DNA of 42,264 nt from Octopus bimaculoides (GCF_001194135.2 NC_068997.1:42062510-42104773); one strand, 5' to 3'. Positions 11,316 through 24,123 are shown, numbered from the stretch's first letter. Program-made: numbers and translations. The notes: generated from the sequence alone by a model not told the origin.

Positions 11316-12559
11316 AAAACGAACACACGTGTGTTGCCTCTCTGCAAAATGTCAGAAGTAATGGAGATTAAATACGCTTTACACCGCTTAAACTGCCAAA
11401 GGAGTAACTGTAAACAGCTGAATACTTGTCAGTGATTGGTTGAAATTATCGAAATAAGACAATTTTTTACATGAAATTAATTCGAATACAACATTTTTTT
11501 TCTGTTCTATAACACAAAATAGATAAGTATACGAAGTTTGAAAGACTTTCGGTACCAAAAACACTACATAAAACATAAATGAAAACTGGTGCCCCCGTTT
11601 TGAACAAGATCCAAGCATCACATTACTCATTTCCACCACCACCACCACTCACTGATACCAATAACACTCTCACATGTTGACAAATACCTCAGAGACACCA
11701 AAGTATCGACTCTATTTATCCTACCAGCCATTTTTCAGAAGGTGTTTCCTCACCACCCAACGCCCCACACCCACACCTCACACCACACCAACCGTTACTT
11801 CTCATAATAACGAATTACTGCACCAAACCCGATTAACTTCCTGGTGGGTTTCAGGTGTAGAAATCATTAAATATCAACGTTTAGTCTTAAATCGAATCAT
11901 AGATTGCTAGCATCCAATCGATTGAAAAATCGAAGCAATCAAGTTTCTTACTTTAAAATGGTTATTCGGTATAACAGAATCAAGTCCACAGGCAAGCCAG
12001 TTTGTAACACACTGCAAGCATTTTATTGAAACAAGACAAGATAATGTCACAAAATTAACCAATCGAAGGGTGTTAATCTCTTTTAATTAACATTTGTTTC
12101 TATTCAATTTTAATTCTAATTACATCATAGTTTACATATATTCTATTATACTGTAACTGCAATCCCAACATGTTATGTGAAATTTTAATTCTATTTTTTT
12201 GATATATTAACATTTTGAAATGATAAAAAAATAAAATCACTGCAGATCAACAATGATATTTCAAAAACAAACGGATAGAATCGATAATCTTTTTATTTTA
12301 ACTTCAATGTTTTCTATCTCACAAAATATCATTCTGTTATATATAAAGCGTCAGATTTTTAAAATTAATTTACGCGAGGAAACACTGTATTTTATTTGTA
12401 ACAGAATAATGTTCTGAATCCGAGTTAACTCAGCCTCGTTTGAAGTTTTGTTTTTTTCTAATATTGATTTAATGGAAACTACATTTGGGCAAAAATGTTT
12501 ACCTTTAGATGTCTTCTTTGCTATCGCATTATAACTGCAGAATCGTCTCGCTTTTCCAT

Positions 12560-12911
12560 TCTCTCTCTCTCTCTCTCTCTTCCTTTCTCTTTCTCTTATA
12601 TAATAAATGTAGGAGGTGTATGATATATATCGCACATATATTATGTAACTACATTATTATGTGTGTGTATAAATATATATGTATGTGTGTATATATGTAT
12701 ATGTGTGTCTCTCTCTGTGTATATATATGCTTGTGTATTTGTTTGTGCATATATATACATATAACATATACATACATACCATTACAAACGTGCTTGCGTA
12801 CGTATGTACATACGTATGCGGATGTATGTATGTGCATGTGTGTGAGTGTGTATGTATGTATGTATGTATGTATGGTATGTATATAAATATATATATAGAT
12901 ATAGATATATC

Positions 12912-12948
<37 letters not shown>

Positions 12949-13051
12949 AGAGAGTGGGGAAGAGATATAAGGAAACGTGTGATTTTGCAAGACACACATT
13001 TTTAGCCATAAGTTTATACATATCTATTTATCCAAAATGCTCTATTTTTCT

Positions 13052-13127
<76 letters not shown>

Positions 13128-13319
13128 TGACAGACAAACGGGGAGAGAGACAGACAGACGGACAGAGACAGAGAGAGACATGGGTTAAGCTCAACATCTA
13201 CTTTGCACAATGAAACTTAAAATGTCTGTTTACTAAAAACACACGCCGTCAGTTTACCTTACTAGCCTGTTTATCCAAAACGTTGCTTATTGGTTTTACA
13301 AATATGCACAAACATACAT

Positions 13320-13350
<31 letters not shown>

Positions 13351-13527
13351 TACATACATACATTTATACACTCCAGCACGTATACACACACACATGTACA
13401 CACACATGTACACACACACACACACACAAATTAAATTATTAATGCATATGGCAGTAAGTGTGCGAGTATTGGCTAAATAAATAGATAGACAGAAGTAGAT
13501 GTGTATGTATGTACGTATGTATGTATG

Positions 13528-13558
<31 letters not shown>

Positions 13559-13560
13559 TT
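12560..13560. repeat. Compound microsatellite region (CT, TATG, CA, long GA at 13056-13125, CATA)
   Basis: Directly visible. Confidence 0.92.
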
Positions 13561-14454
13561 GAGGATGGAGGAGGAAGATAGATTTAGCACTAGTCCTTAT
13601 TCAGNNNNNNNNNNNNNNNNNNNNNNNNNNNNNNNNNNNNNNNNNNNNNNNNNNNNNNNNNNNNNNNNNNNNNNNNNNNNNNNNNNNNNNNNNNNNNNNN
13701 NNNNNNNNNNNNNNNNNNNNNNNNNNNNNNNNNNNNNNNNNNNNNNNNNNNNNNNNNNNNNNNNNNNNNNNNNNNNNNNNNNNNNNNNNNNNNNNNNNNN
13801 NNNNNNNNNNNNNNNNNNNNNNNNNNNNNNNNNNNNNNNNNNNNNNNNNNNNNNNNNNNNNNNNNNNNNNNNNNNNNNTGTGTGTGTGTGTGTGTGTGTA
13901 GTTTTTATAGTTCTATGTCTCAAAACCAGAGCTGAATTAAGATCCATAGAGGTCTTAAGCACTTTAAAGATTTTGCTGCCCTCGTATATGTATAATTCAA
14001 AATAAATAATAAACCATTAAATAAATTTTTATTTTTCAAAATGAAACCAAGATAGAAAATAATGTTTATTTTCTATACTTCCATTTTATTTATATTTGAA
14101 AAGTTTTCCCCTACTCTTTTTAATTATAAAGTCTTTTTTCAGATCCTCATTATGACACCGTGAACACTTCCAAATTATATTCCCGCATCCGTTTTTGTGA
14201 AAAATTCCCATACGTCGAACTAAAATTAACGCTTGAAACTTGCTTTTGTTAAAATATAACCGAGTTGTCTTATTTGGCCAGTTGAGATAGTAGATATGAA
14301 AAACTAGCATTTCAAATGGAAATTCTGGCGGAAGGCGTTTTATATAATCTGTCGCTTTTATGTCCTGATATATACGGTAATTGTGGGCTAATGGGAAATT
14401 AGGCGAAGTTGAAACTAAGTTTTCCGATATTTAGTTTAGATAAAGGAAAGGATG

Positions 14455-14745
14455 ATCCAGCGAGAGAGCTTCCACATGGTCGCTCGACTTGTCAGAAATG
14501 GTGACCAAATCTCCCTCAAATTACACCCTATCCTTTTCTTTTCTTTAATGCTAGGCTACGTTAATGATTATAGCTCTGGATATAGTATGTTAGACAAATA
14601 GTTAGGTTAGTGTAGTATATAGCTTTCGTCTACAAAAAAAAAAATGGAAAGAAAAAGAAACGGATGGTATGTTTATGATTATAACGCCCTCAATCATAGA
14701 TCAGCTGGATTAATGTGAAACTTGGGACTAAGCAACAACAAATAT
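14455..14745 (+). mobile_element. Repeat family E copy
   Basis: TTCCACATGGTCGCTCGACTTGTCAGAAATGGTGACCAAATCTCCCTCAAATTACACCCTA...GGGACTAAGCAACAACAA. Confidence 0.6.
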
Positions 14746-15279
14746 TCATATTCGGAGTGTACAAATTGTTATGTTAAACAGACCTCGAATAAAAAGAAGA
14801 CAAAGAAAAACAATTGTATAAATACGATTTAATTATTTCATTTGCTGCACTTATTTTGGTATTTTTAATATAGGTACAAAGGGGTCGGTCTCGTGCAGTG
14901 TTTCTCAAATTCACAAATATCAGGACCCCGACCCCACACTCTCACAACTGAAATTGTTTGGCCTACCCCTTCTCATTAATAATGAGGCGACAATATAGTC
15001 AGCGTCATATGTTTCTTCATTCGCTATGGCGTTTATTTTATCAAACATGACAGTTTGATTGCTGCCTACTTTTCAACTTCACAGACACCTGACTACTTGT
15101 GAGAAACATTGATCTAATCGATTAAATCGACCTTACTAGTTGCCTAAACATGGTTATTAATTCGAAAATTAATAAATTTATTATAAGTAAACTACTACAA
15201 CAGTTAGTACTGTGAGATCGTCTGCTGTATTAAAACAGCAGACGATCTCAATTGTCACTTCCCTCTTTGATTTCTCATA

Positions 15280-15530
15280 CAGGCCTCTGCTAGAAATAGT
15301 AGCCAAATCTATCTGAAATCACCACTACTCTCTTTTATAAGAACAAACAAAAGACTAACTGGATGATGTAATTCTTGATATATCTAGTAAGGAAATGACT
15401 TGTCAGTCATGGTTGGGATGTCTTTTTAATCAGGCCAACTAAACCAGGGTCGACAACAACAAAGAAGCCTCTATGCAGTGGTCACTCGGCTAGAAATAAC
15501 AACTAGATCTCCCTCATATTATGTGCTACA
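15280..15530 (+). mobile_element. Repeat family E, two adjacent fragments
   Basis: CTGCTAGAAATAGTAGCCAAATCT...GACAACAACAAAG followed by GGCTAGAAATAACAACTAGATCTCCCTCA. Confidence 0.55.
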
Positions 15531-16150
15531 GCAGGTTGGGAAACCTGGGGCCTTTGAAGCCCTTAAGTTTGGCTGTATAGAAATCTGGGTTTTACATTAA
15601 AAAACACATATTTCTGCTGTTTATATAGTATTATATTTATTCAAATATTAAAAAAGAATTTTTTAAGAAAAAAGGTCATTAAAAGGTCACTCTACATGTG
15701 TTTTTTTTTTTAAACTTTAATATGTATAATTACATTTTCACAATATAAGTAATTATATTTATCCGTATATTTAATAAAAATATTCTCTAATGCCGCCATA
15801 TTAGATTACATTTAATTCAATGCTACTTCAAATATAAAAGGTTCTCGCTCCTGCGTTAACGTCTTTAGAAAATAAAGTATAAAAACATATTGGCTTATAT
15901 AATTATAGATACCTTGAAGAAAAAAACAGCTGGAAAACGGTTGATTATAGTTCTGCTCAATCAAAGTTGAACTGAGGCATGAAGTCGAGCAGTTAGACAT
16001 GTTCAGCACCTACTGTGGTCCAGACAGAGGATAGGAACAAGACTCGTGAAAAAGGAAATCGAGAGGCCAACAGAAGTGGTATTTTGTGTCACGTAAAGGC
16101 CAGCGGTGAACTAGCAACATTTAGGCAAGCTGAAGGTTGCTGCTGTTTAT
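15528..16150 (-). mobile_element. Possible hAT transposon 3' relic
   Basis: Minus strand about 15975-16085 gives frameshifted TTSVG..SFSR and GAEHV*LL, resembling the hAT C-terminal dimerisation motif (TS..ERSFS...RSRL..EHV..L). hAT-like end CAGCAGGTTGGGAAACCTG at 15528. Confidence 0.4.
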
Positions 16151-16340
16151 TTAACTTAATTGTTGTAAGGGCAGCGGATCAGAAGTGTAGCCAGGTTCTA
16201 AAGTTAGGAGGAACGACCACATAAAAGGCGCTGTGACACTTAGTAACCAATTTTATATTCATTTCTCTCATATTACACGAAATATTTCATTAATTATAAT
16301 ATACGTAATTGTTATTCTACATTCATTAATTTTATGTTTC

Positions 16341-16965
16341 GTGGAGTCGCAATGGCCCAGCGGTTAGGGCAGCGGACTCGCGGTCGTAGGATCGCGGTTT
16401 CGATTCCCAAACTGGGCGTTGTGAGTGTTTATTGAGCGAAAACACCTAAAGCTCCACGAGGCTCCGGCAGGGGATGGTGGCGAACCCTGCTGTACTCTTT
16501 CACCACAACTTTCTCTCGCTCTTACTTCCTGTTTCTGTTGTGCCTGTAATTCAAAGGGTCCGCCTTGTCACACTGTGTCACGCTGAATATCCCCGATAAC
16601 TATGTTAAGGGTACACGTGTCTGTGGAGTGCTCAGCCACTTGCNNNNNNNNNNGTTGTGAGTGTTTATTGAGCGAAAACACCTAAAGCTCCACGAGGCTC
16701 CGGCAGGGGATGGTGGCGAACCCTGCTGTACTCTTTCACCACAACTTTCTCTCGCTCTTACTTCCTGTTTCTGTTGTGCCTGTAATTCAAAGGGTCCGCC
16801 TTGTCACACTGTGTCACGCTGAATATCCCCGATAACTATGTTAAGGGTACACGTGTCTGTGGAGTGCTCAGCCACTTGCACGTTAATTTCACGAGCAAGC
16901 TGTTCCGTTGATCGGATCAACTGGAACCCTCGACGTCGTAAGCGACGGAGTGTCAACCACCAACC
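16341..16965 (+). mobile_element. tRNA-derived SINE family C, one insertion shown with an assembly overlap across gap 16644-16653
   Basis: A box 16353-16363, B box 16396-16407, 3' end CTGGAACCCTCGACGTCGTAAGCGACGGAGTGTCAACCAC; 13-bp TSD AATTT(T/C)ATGTTTC at 16328-16340 and 16966-16978. Confidence 0.9.
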
Positions 16966-17124
16966 AATTTCATGTTTCATTAACAATGAAATTGTGTATG
17001 AAACTTACAATTACTGACATAGGTAACTAAAGAGTTAATAAACATTGTTGAAAAGGCTCCAATTTTGAAAAATGTGCTCGTTGGGGAGAGGTCGCTCCTC
17101 TTGCTCCCTATTAGCTACGCTACT

Positions 17125-17330
17125 GCGCCGGATTGGCAGAATCGTTACAGAGTCGAACAAAATGCTTTGCAGTAATTATTCCAGTCTTTTAGATTCTGAG
17201 ATCAAATCCTTTACATCTTTCCAGAATAGATATAATAAAATAGCAGTCAGATACAGGGATCGATCTAATCAACTATGTCTCCATCCTGTCGATGTCTTGG
17301 TCTTGTGCCTTCGTTAAGGATTGCTTATTT
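17125..17330 (+). mobile_element. SINE family D, degenerate
   Basis: TTGGCAGAATCGTTAC...CTGAGATCAAATCC...GGTCTTGTGCCT. Confidence 0.7.
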
Positions 17331-17441
17331 TAGCTGTTGTTGCTGTCTTGTTCCAGATGAGCACTGAACGAAACAGGTCTATGATCAAAGATGTTCTAAT
17401 CATAAATATGCGCGTAAACTCTGTGTGTGAGTGTACATACA

Positions 17442-17475
<34 letters not shown>

Positions 17476-17477
17476 CC

Positions 17478-17663
17478 GTTTGTCAACCGATATAGGCTTG
17501 TTCATGTTCCCGTAACTTAGCGGTTCGGCAAAAGAGAAATTATAATAATAAGTACCAGACTTTAATAAATAAATATTGGGATTAATTTGTTCGACTAAAC
17601 CTTTCACAGCGATGCCCCAGCATGGCCTCAGTTCGAATGACTGAAACAAGTAAAAGATAAAAG
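17478..17663 (+). mobile_element. SINE family B, 3' half
   Basis: CCCGTAACTTAGCGGTTCGGCAAAAGAG...CCAGCATGGCC...GACTGAAACAAGTAAAAGATAAAAG. Confidence 0.85.
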
Positions 17664-18183
17664 GATATATTTCCCAATGTGTTCTTCCCGTCTTCCCTTT
17701 CTTTCAACACCGGAATGCTCTTAGTGAGATTTGGCTACTATTTCTAGCAATTCAATTTTATTTTAATGTTATGATCAAAATTTGTCTGAAGCTGTTAGCC
17801 ATTTCGTTTGGAATTTTTTTTCTTTCATATTTGCTGCGCTATTTATAGAAATATGATATTTTTGGTAAGAAATGCTGCTCAGTATTTTTACCTTATATAA
17901 TTTACTGTACACTGTCTTTTGGTATATACTGGTACGCCATCGAAAAACATAACGTTTAAAATGAAAGCCAAAAGTAATAATGAAATATTACAAATAACCG
18001 ATATATTAATTTAGTTGTAAACACATTTCATGGCCATTCTATTGTTATAAACAACATTTGCTTGAAATTACAAAACAACCCGATGCAAATCGATTGGAAA
18101 ATCTTTGAAGATATTTATATAAAACAGCCGTCGAAATGAGCTTATTGTAAATATGTAGAATTTCGGCCAACATGTCCTTGTGA

Positions 18184-18289
<106 letters not shown>

Positions 18290-18459
18290 NNNNNNNNNNN
18301 NNNNNNNNNNNNNNNNNNNNNNNNNNNNNNNNNNNNNNNNNNNNNNNNNNNNNNNNNNNNNNNNNNNNNNNNNNNNNNNNNNNNNNNNNNNNNNNNNNNN
18401 NNNNNNNNNNNNNNNNNNNNNNNNNNNNNNNNNNNNNNNNNNNNNNNNNNNNNNNNNNN

Positions 18460-18495
<36 letters not shown>

Positions 18496-18619
18496 TTTTC
18501 TTATTTTCCGGCTATTGGTTTTGATTTCACGCTTCTAATAGTTGTCTGTTGGTTGAAGCTTAGAAGTTTTCACCCTTTGTTGTCATGGAAGGACGCTTGA
18601 CAAGAAGAATCAGTGGAGC

Positions 18620-18648
18620 AACTACACACCATCACAACCACTACACAT

Positions 18649-18680
<32 letters not shown>

Positions 18681-19090
18681 CATACACCATCTCACACACC
18701 TACACCACCACCATCACAACTCACCACTACCACTACCGCCATCATCACACCATCACCATACACCAACGCCACACTTCTCTACAAACACCTCTACACACCA
18801 GCACCCAAACCCCGTCACACAACACGACCATCAACAATAATAGCGACACCACACACCACCGGCACCCACCTCATGTACACATCTCCAGCAAACGCATATA
18901 CCACCACCACCACCACCACGATCACCATCACCACTACCACAATACACACCACCATCATTACCGCCATCGTCATACCATCACTTTACACCTCCACACACCG
19001 CCACCTCACACCAACACGCACCACCACCTCGTACCTACAGACCGCATACGTAGACGCGTGCGTGTTCACACACACACACACACACACACG
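18620..19090. repeat. Degenerate (CAC/ACC/CAA)n low-complexity tract
   Basis: Directly visible; source of the Thr/His-rich spurious ORFs. Confidence 0.85.
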
Positions 19091-19249
19091 TAAACATTCT
19101 TATGTTGACATCAACAAATTTTTTTAAAAAAGAAACAACCAAATGAAACAACCAAATAACTCAACAACAAAACCGATAGGGTTCCTGGTAACTACCCCCG
19201 CTATACGTTTCCCCCCACAAAAAAAAAATCATTCACATTTCCTTGTTAA

Positions 19250-19533
19250 GGTGCATGGCTCAGTGATTAGAAGCGTGTTGGCTTCTTGAGCAAGACACTT
19301 TATTTCACGTAACTCCAGTTCTTTCAGCTGTAGAAATGAGTTGCGTCGCCACTGGTGTCAAGCCTTTGCCTTTCCCTTGGATAGCATCGGTGGCGTGGAC
19401 AGGAAAGGCTGGTATGCATGGGTGACTGTTGGTCTTCTACAAACAACCTTGCCAGGACCTGTGTCTCAAAAGGAAATTTTCTAGGTGTAATCCCATGGTC
19501 ATTCATGGCCTAAGGGGGACTTTACTCCTTTAC
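19250..19533 (+). mobile_element. SINE family A with internal deletion and TSD
   Basis: GGTGCATGGCTCAGTGATTAGAAGCG joined to TGTTGGCTTCTTGAGCAAGACAC (B-box region missing); 13-bp TSD TTCCTTGTTAAGG at 19239-19251 and 19534-19546. Confidence 0.88.
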
Positions 19534-19632
19534 TTCCTTGTTAAGGAGTTTTAAACTCCCTCTGGTATTAAATTATTCTGCATTCATCAATTTGCTCATC
19601 TGAATATAAAATCATTTACATTAGATGCAGAC

Positions 19633-19846
19633 CAGTGTTCCTCAATCATTTTTCTAACTAAGGACCTCTCTGATTCCTTGGATGGACTCTCATAACCATT
19701 CGATGTTTAAAATCTATTATATTTTTATAATTAAATATTATTAGAAATTGTATTTTAAAAATTGTTAAAATATTTTGAGTATTGTACGAGAAGTATAACC
19801 AGTTTTAACGACAAAATCTTATATGGACCTCGGTTGAAGACCACTG
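19633..19846. mobile_element. hAT(Charlie-type)-like MITE
   Basis: Imperfect TIRs CAGTGTTCCTCAATC / GGTTGAAGACCACTG (12 of 15 match); the interior matches a second copy at about 31290-31922. Confidence 0.65.
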
Positions 19847-20156
19847 CTGTAAACAAAGGAAGTAAACCAAAAATTGTGATTAGTTTACTTTACGCTGGAG
19901 TTTTCTCGGGAGTTGAGTTTTTTTCTTATCATATTCCTCTATTTCAAACAACAATGGACAACACTAAATGATCTGATGCAACCACACACTCTCATATTGA
20001 AAGTGTAGTTCTCTATGTGCGAAAAATTGGAAAATATACGTATATTGATATGCATGCGTGTATAACCGTCTGAAAGACTGTGTTTCTGCAGATACATACG
20101 TACACATATACATACAAACATACATACATACATTTATACTTGCATACATATTGCAT

Positions 20157-20210
<54 letters not shown>

Positions 20211-20439
20211 ACACACACTCACACACACGCACGCACGCACGTGTATGTATGTACGTATGTTTGCATTAAGGTTCTAGTTTTATTTTTAAATGTTCCTCCC
20301 AAAACCGAAAGAGTTGGTCAGAAGCCGAGAACCAACATTCTTTCATCGGAAGTTTACATCAGCAATGTAATTATATATTTTTTATTTATTGTTTTTTTAT
20401 TTATTTATTTATTTATTTATTTATTTGCTTATTTATTTA

Positions 20440-20820
20440 TTCAAATTTCTCCTTCTGTTCTGCTTACAGATTGTTTTTGCAAAGTGCATATTTGCTGATC
20501 ACTTTCTTTGTCCGAAAATCCCAGCTTTTGGAAAGTGTCCCTTATAGTAGCAACGCCAAGTGCACCTTGTGATTGTAGATATAAATGTGAATTTTTAATC
20601 TGGGTAGAGAAGCTGTTCGTTCGACGCAGAAGTCCATATAAATATTCTCTTTCTCACTGATCTCGAAAGAAATGTTTGCATATGCGGGGCAACGCATTGC
20701 TGCAACTATACCTAATTATTCTTTTCTATTTCAAAACTGTACCAGGCCAGTTCTTCTTGCATTTGGTGGAAGTTTTGATAGGAATATTATACCAATATTC
20801 CTGGAATTTAAACATATGTA
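20440..20820 (-). mobile_element. R4/Dong-like RLE LINE, decayed 3' fragment
   Basis: Minus strand EYWYNIPIKTSTKCKKNWP...EKENIYG...GALG...TFQKLGFSDKESDQQICTLQKQSVS parallels 28090-28467 (ECWWNIPIKT...KCKHNRP...EKEDIY...GALG...LDKLGFSEREIDRLIRTLQVQSVSG). Confidence 0.78.
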
Positions 20821-20847
20821 CGCATATATTTATGTCTGTTTGACTAT

Positions 20848-21128
20848 CTGTATGTATGTATGTATGTATGTATGTATGTATGTATGCATGTATGTATATA
20901 AGTATGTATATACTATATATGTATGCTTATGTGTGCGAGTGCGTTTGTATGTATGTATATATANNNNNNNNNNGTGTATGTGCTTGTGTATGTGCTTGTG
21001 TATATGTATGAATGTTTGTCTGTATGTATGGATGTATGTATGTATGTATGTAGGTAGGTAGGTAGGTGGGTAGGTAGGTAGGTAGGTAGGTAGGTAGGTA
21101 GGTAGGTAGGTAGGTGGGTAGGTAGGTA
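20848..21128. repeat. (TATG)n grading into (GGTA)n compound microsatellite
   Basis: Directly visible. Confidence 0.95.
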
Positions 21129-21129
21129 A

Positions 21130-21317
21130 TAGGCGCAGTCGTGATTGCGTGGTAAGACATTTGCTTCGGATTCAGCGTCACTGTGTATCTTCTGTTATGG
21201 CGTCGGGCCACAACAGAAGTCACATGCAATATTCAAGTGTCTTCTGCTATGGCCTCGGGCCGACCACAAACTGCGAGTGGACTTCGTTGTAGGAAACTGA
21301 AAGAAGGTCGTTGTATA
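21130..21317 (+). mobile_element. SINE family B, degenerate 5' half with a small internal duplication
   Basis: ATAGGCGCAG...GGTAAG; two copies of TCTTCTG(T/C)TATGGC(G/C)TCGGGCC; ends GGAAACTGAAAGAAG. Confidence 0.7.
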
Positions 21318-21693
21318 CACCCCACCCCGCTACACACACATATATATTAATCAATGAAATTCCAACTTAGTCTAATTTTCACGTTTTTACAACTATATTT
21401 GCAGTTTTTGCAACTTTAAAATTTTACAATATTGAAATAAACTAGTACTTTCCTGCATTGTGCAATCATCAGGTTTATGTAGTGAAAGTCGTGTTTCACA
21501 ATTGACAACTGTAGCGAAACGGTCGGATTTATCCTTTAAATATCCTCCGATGGGCTCCAGCAGGCTGAATCTTACGAACTGTAGTTTGACCAATCAGCAT
21601 GTAGCTTAGATGTCACGGATTGGTGAGCGCGCCAACTAAGTTCTAACTGTATTTCGATCAATTCTACTCAGACAAAAATAGCCGTTTCTTCCT

Positions 21694-21804
21694 ATTGAAG
21701 ATGGTATACAACATGCTATAGAAATATCCACACAACAACTTAGGGCAATCCCCAAAAGAGGAAAACAAGAACAGGTCATACCATTTATAGTGACACACAA
21801 TCCG
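21694..21804 (+). mobile_element. Penelope-like element fragment (RT thumb/linker) ending in a fold-back
   Basis: IEDGIQHAIEISTQQLRAIPKRGKQEQVIPFIVTHNP resembles the PLE thumb-to-GIY-YIG linker (..P(F/L)..T(H/Y)(N/H)P). Confidence 0.55.
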
Positions 21805-23109
21805 TGTCACTATAAACGGTTTGACCTGTTCATGTTTTCCTCTTGTTTTCCTATCTTAAGCATTGCCAAAGCAAACTTGCCGATCACTGCTTAAAGTAAT
21901 AAATTAAAGGATATAATCACGGATCGGGCTATGATTCTAAGTAAGACAGCCGCAGAACCTGAAACAATTATTAACAAAGGCAAAGTTTGACCTAAACAAC
22001 TATGACAGATCATTTATTGTATCGAAATGCAATGATGATCTCATCATATAGTACTACATGATAAGTACCATATGTACTACATGATAACTATAGTACTACA
22101 TGATAAGACTTCTCCTGTTTCATTATCAATGGTCTGCTAGTGGGCGAGCCCACCCTTAGTTGTCAGCCAACATCTTGTTTTAAGTTTTCCTTTACCAAAC
22201 CTCATGATTTTTATGACTATACCAACTATGATTTCTGTCTGCTCTCGCAGCCCTACCCCTAACAGATAATGCCCTTTATTCTCTCAGCCTAAGATATACA
22301 GGGTTTGATAAACTTGTCTATAAATTAAAATTGACCACATGAAAAACGAATAAAATCAGTGACAGGCAGAGTCTTCTTGACAATTTATTTATTAACTTCT
22401 ATGTTGTAGTAGAAGCAACATATTCTTTGTCTATCTCCTTAACTTGTTGGAGATTTTAGGTATAATTATACTAATGTGTCCATCTGTTCTAATTTAATTA
22501 AATTCTATGTCTTTGTGCAGCTGAGGATAGCTCTGCATTTTAAATTGATGTAATGATTACATTGTTCAATTAAATGGAGTTACATGAAGCGATCGTACTG
22601 NNNNNNNNNNNNNNNNNNNNNNNNNNNNNNNNNNNNNNNNNNNNNNNNNNNNNNNNNNNNNNNNNNNNNNNNNNNNNNNNNNNNNNNNNNNNNNNNNNNN
22701 NNNNNNNNNNNNNNNNNNNNNNNNATATATATGAGTGTATGTATATTATGTGAGGTTGTAGAAATACGCAAATTTGTGTCTGGGTACGTAGGAAAACTAT
22801 TTGGAGAAGTTTAAAAAAAGAAACTTCAAAATTCCATGTTGACTTGTGGATATATGCTTTTATTGGAAAAGTCGATAAAAAAGATCTCTGATACAAAACC
22901 GTCAGTTGAAATAGTTTCCGGTCATCTTGTGTCTGCATATCTCTGGATATTTGGCTATGGATATTCAAAGATCGGTATATGTGTTGTAGAACCATATGTC
23001 ACTCTAATGACGTACAGATGTCTCTCGAGACGGATATCGTCTGACAATATCAAGCAATCATCATACGCGCGTGCGCATACAGAAGCATACAAACACAATT
23101 ATGTACACA

Positions 23110-23331
23110 TATACTGAGCATGTGTGTTTGTATGGGCGTGTATGTATCTCTGCATGTATATGCGTATCTGTAAACTACACATGTATTTGTGTGTGTGTGT
23201 GTTTGTGTGTGTTTGTGTGTGTTTGTGTGTGTGTGTATGTATGTATGTATGTATGTATGTATGTGTGTGTGTGTTTGTGTGTGTTTGTGTGTGTTTGTAT
23301 GTGTGTGTGTGTATGTATGTATGTGTGTGTG

Positions 23332-23374
<43 letters not shown>

Positions 23375-23593
23375 TGCATTTAGCTACACATCAGAAACGA
23401 GAGGAGAAGAAGAGGTGGGGGTGGGGGAAGCAAAGAAAGTAATAAAAACAAACTGTTTGCGTCTCGTGTCGACTTCGACTTCTTAACCAACCAATTCTGA
23501 TGCCGTCTGTTGATTCTTTCTTACCTGAATCTGTTTACTTCTGAATCTGTAGATGTGTAGGTATGTGTCATGCTGGCTAACTGGCTGGTTGGT

Positions 23594-23635
<42 letters not shown>

Positions 23636-23840
23636 TCCGCATGCTGTTTTGGCGGTATGAATCTCTCTATTCCTATCTCCCTCGCTCTAACCTTTCTCTC
23701 TCTCTCTCCCCTATCTCCCTCTCTGTTCCGTTTTCTCTTCCTCCCTCTCTCCCTTCTCTCTTCCTCTCTTTCTTCCATCTCTTTCTTCCACCTCTCTCTG
23801 CCCCCTCTCTACTCCTCTTTCTTTTTTTCTTCCTCTCTGT
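23110..23840. repeat. (TG/TATG)n, (GCTG)n and (CT)-rich low-complexity blocks
   Basis: Directly visible. Confidence 0.92.
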
Positions 23841-24123
23841 ACAAACACACAAATGAACCGCGTTATCGTTTCTCTCTTCTACCTACCTGTTCAGGTGTTG
23901 TGTTTTAACTATATGTTTAGTGATCAAAGCTGAAGCTTCTAATTGCTCATCGTCTTTAACAACAACAACAACTTCAATATGCCAACACAAAAAACTTAAA
24001 CATGATCTTTCAACCTTCAAGAAATAGCAACCGATTCTTCTTCAAATCACATCCTACAGTCTTGAAAAATAAAATGAAGGATACATTTCTTCCTTTAGAT
24101 TTGAAACGCCAAACTAGTAAGAC

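Noticed and set aside
14086-14310. 74-aa ORF with a CxxC-like motif (KCSRCH)
   Set aside because: No recognisable family or supporting context; within chance expectation
22740-23060. Unique-looking ORFs on both strands
   Set aside because: Hand translation in several frames gave no recognisable motif
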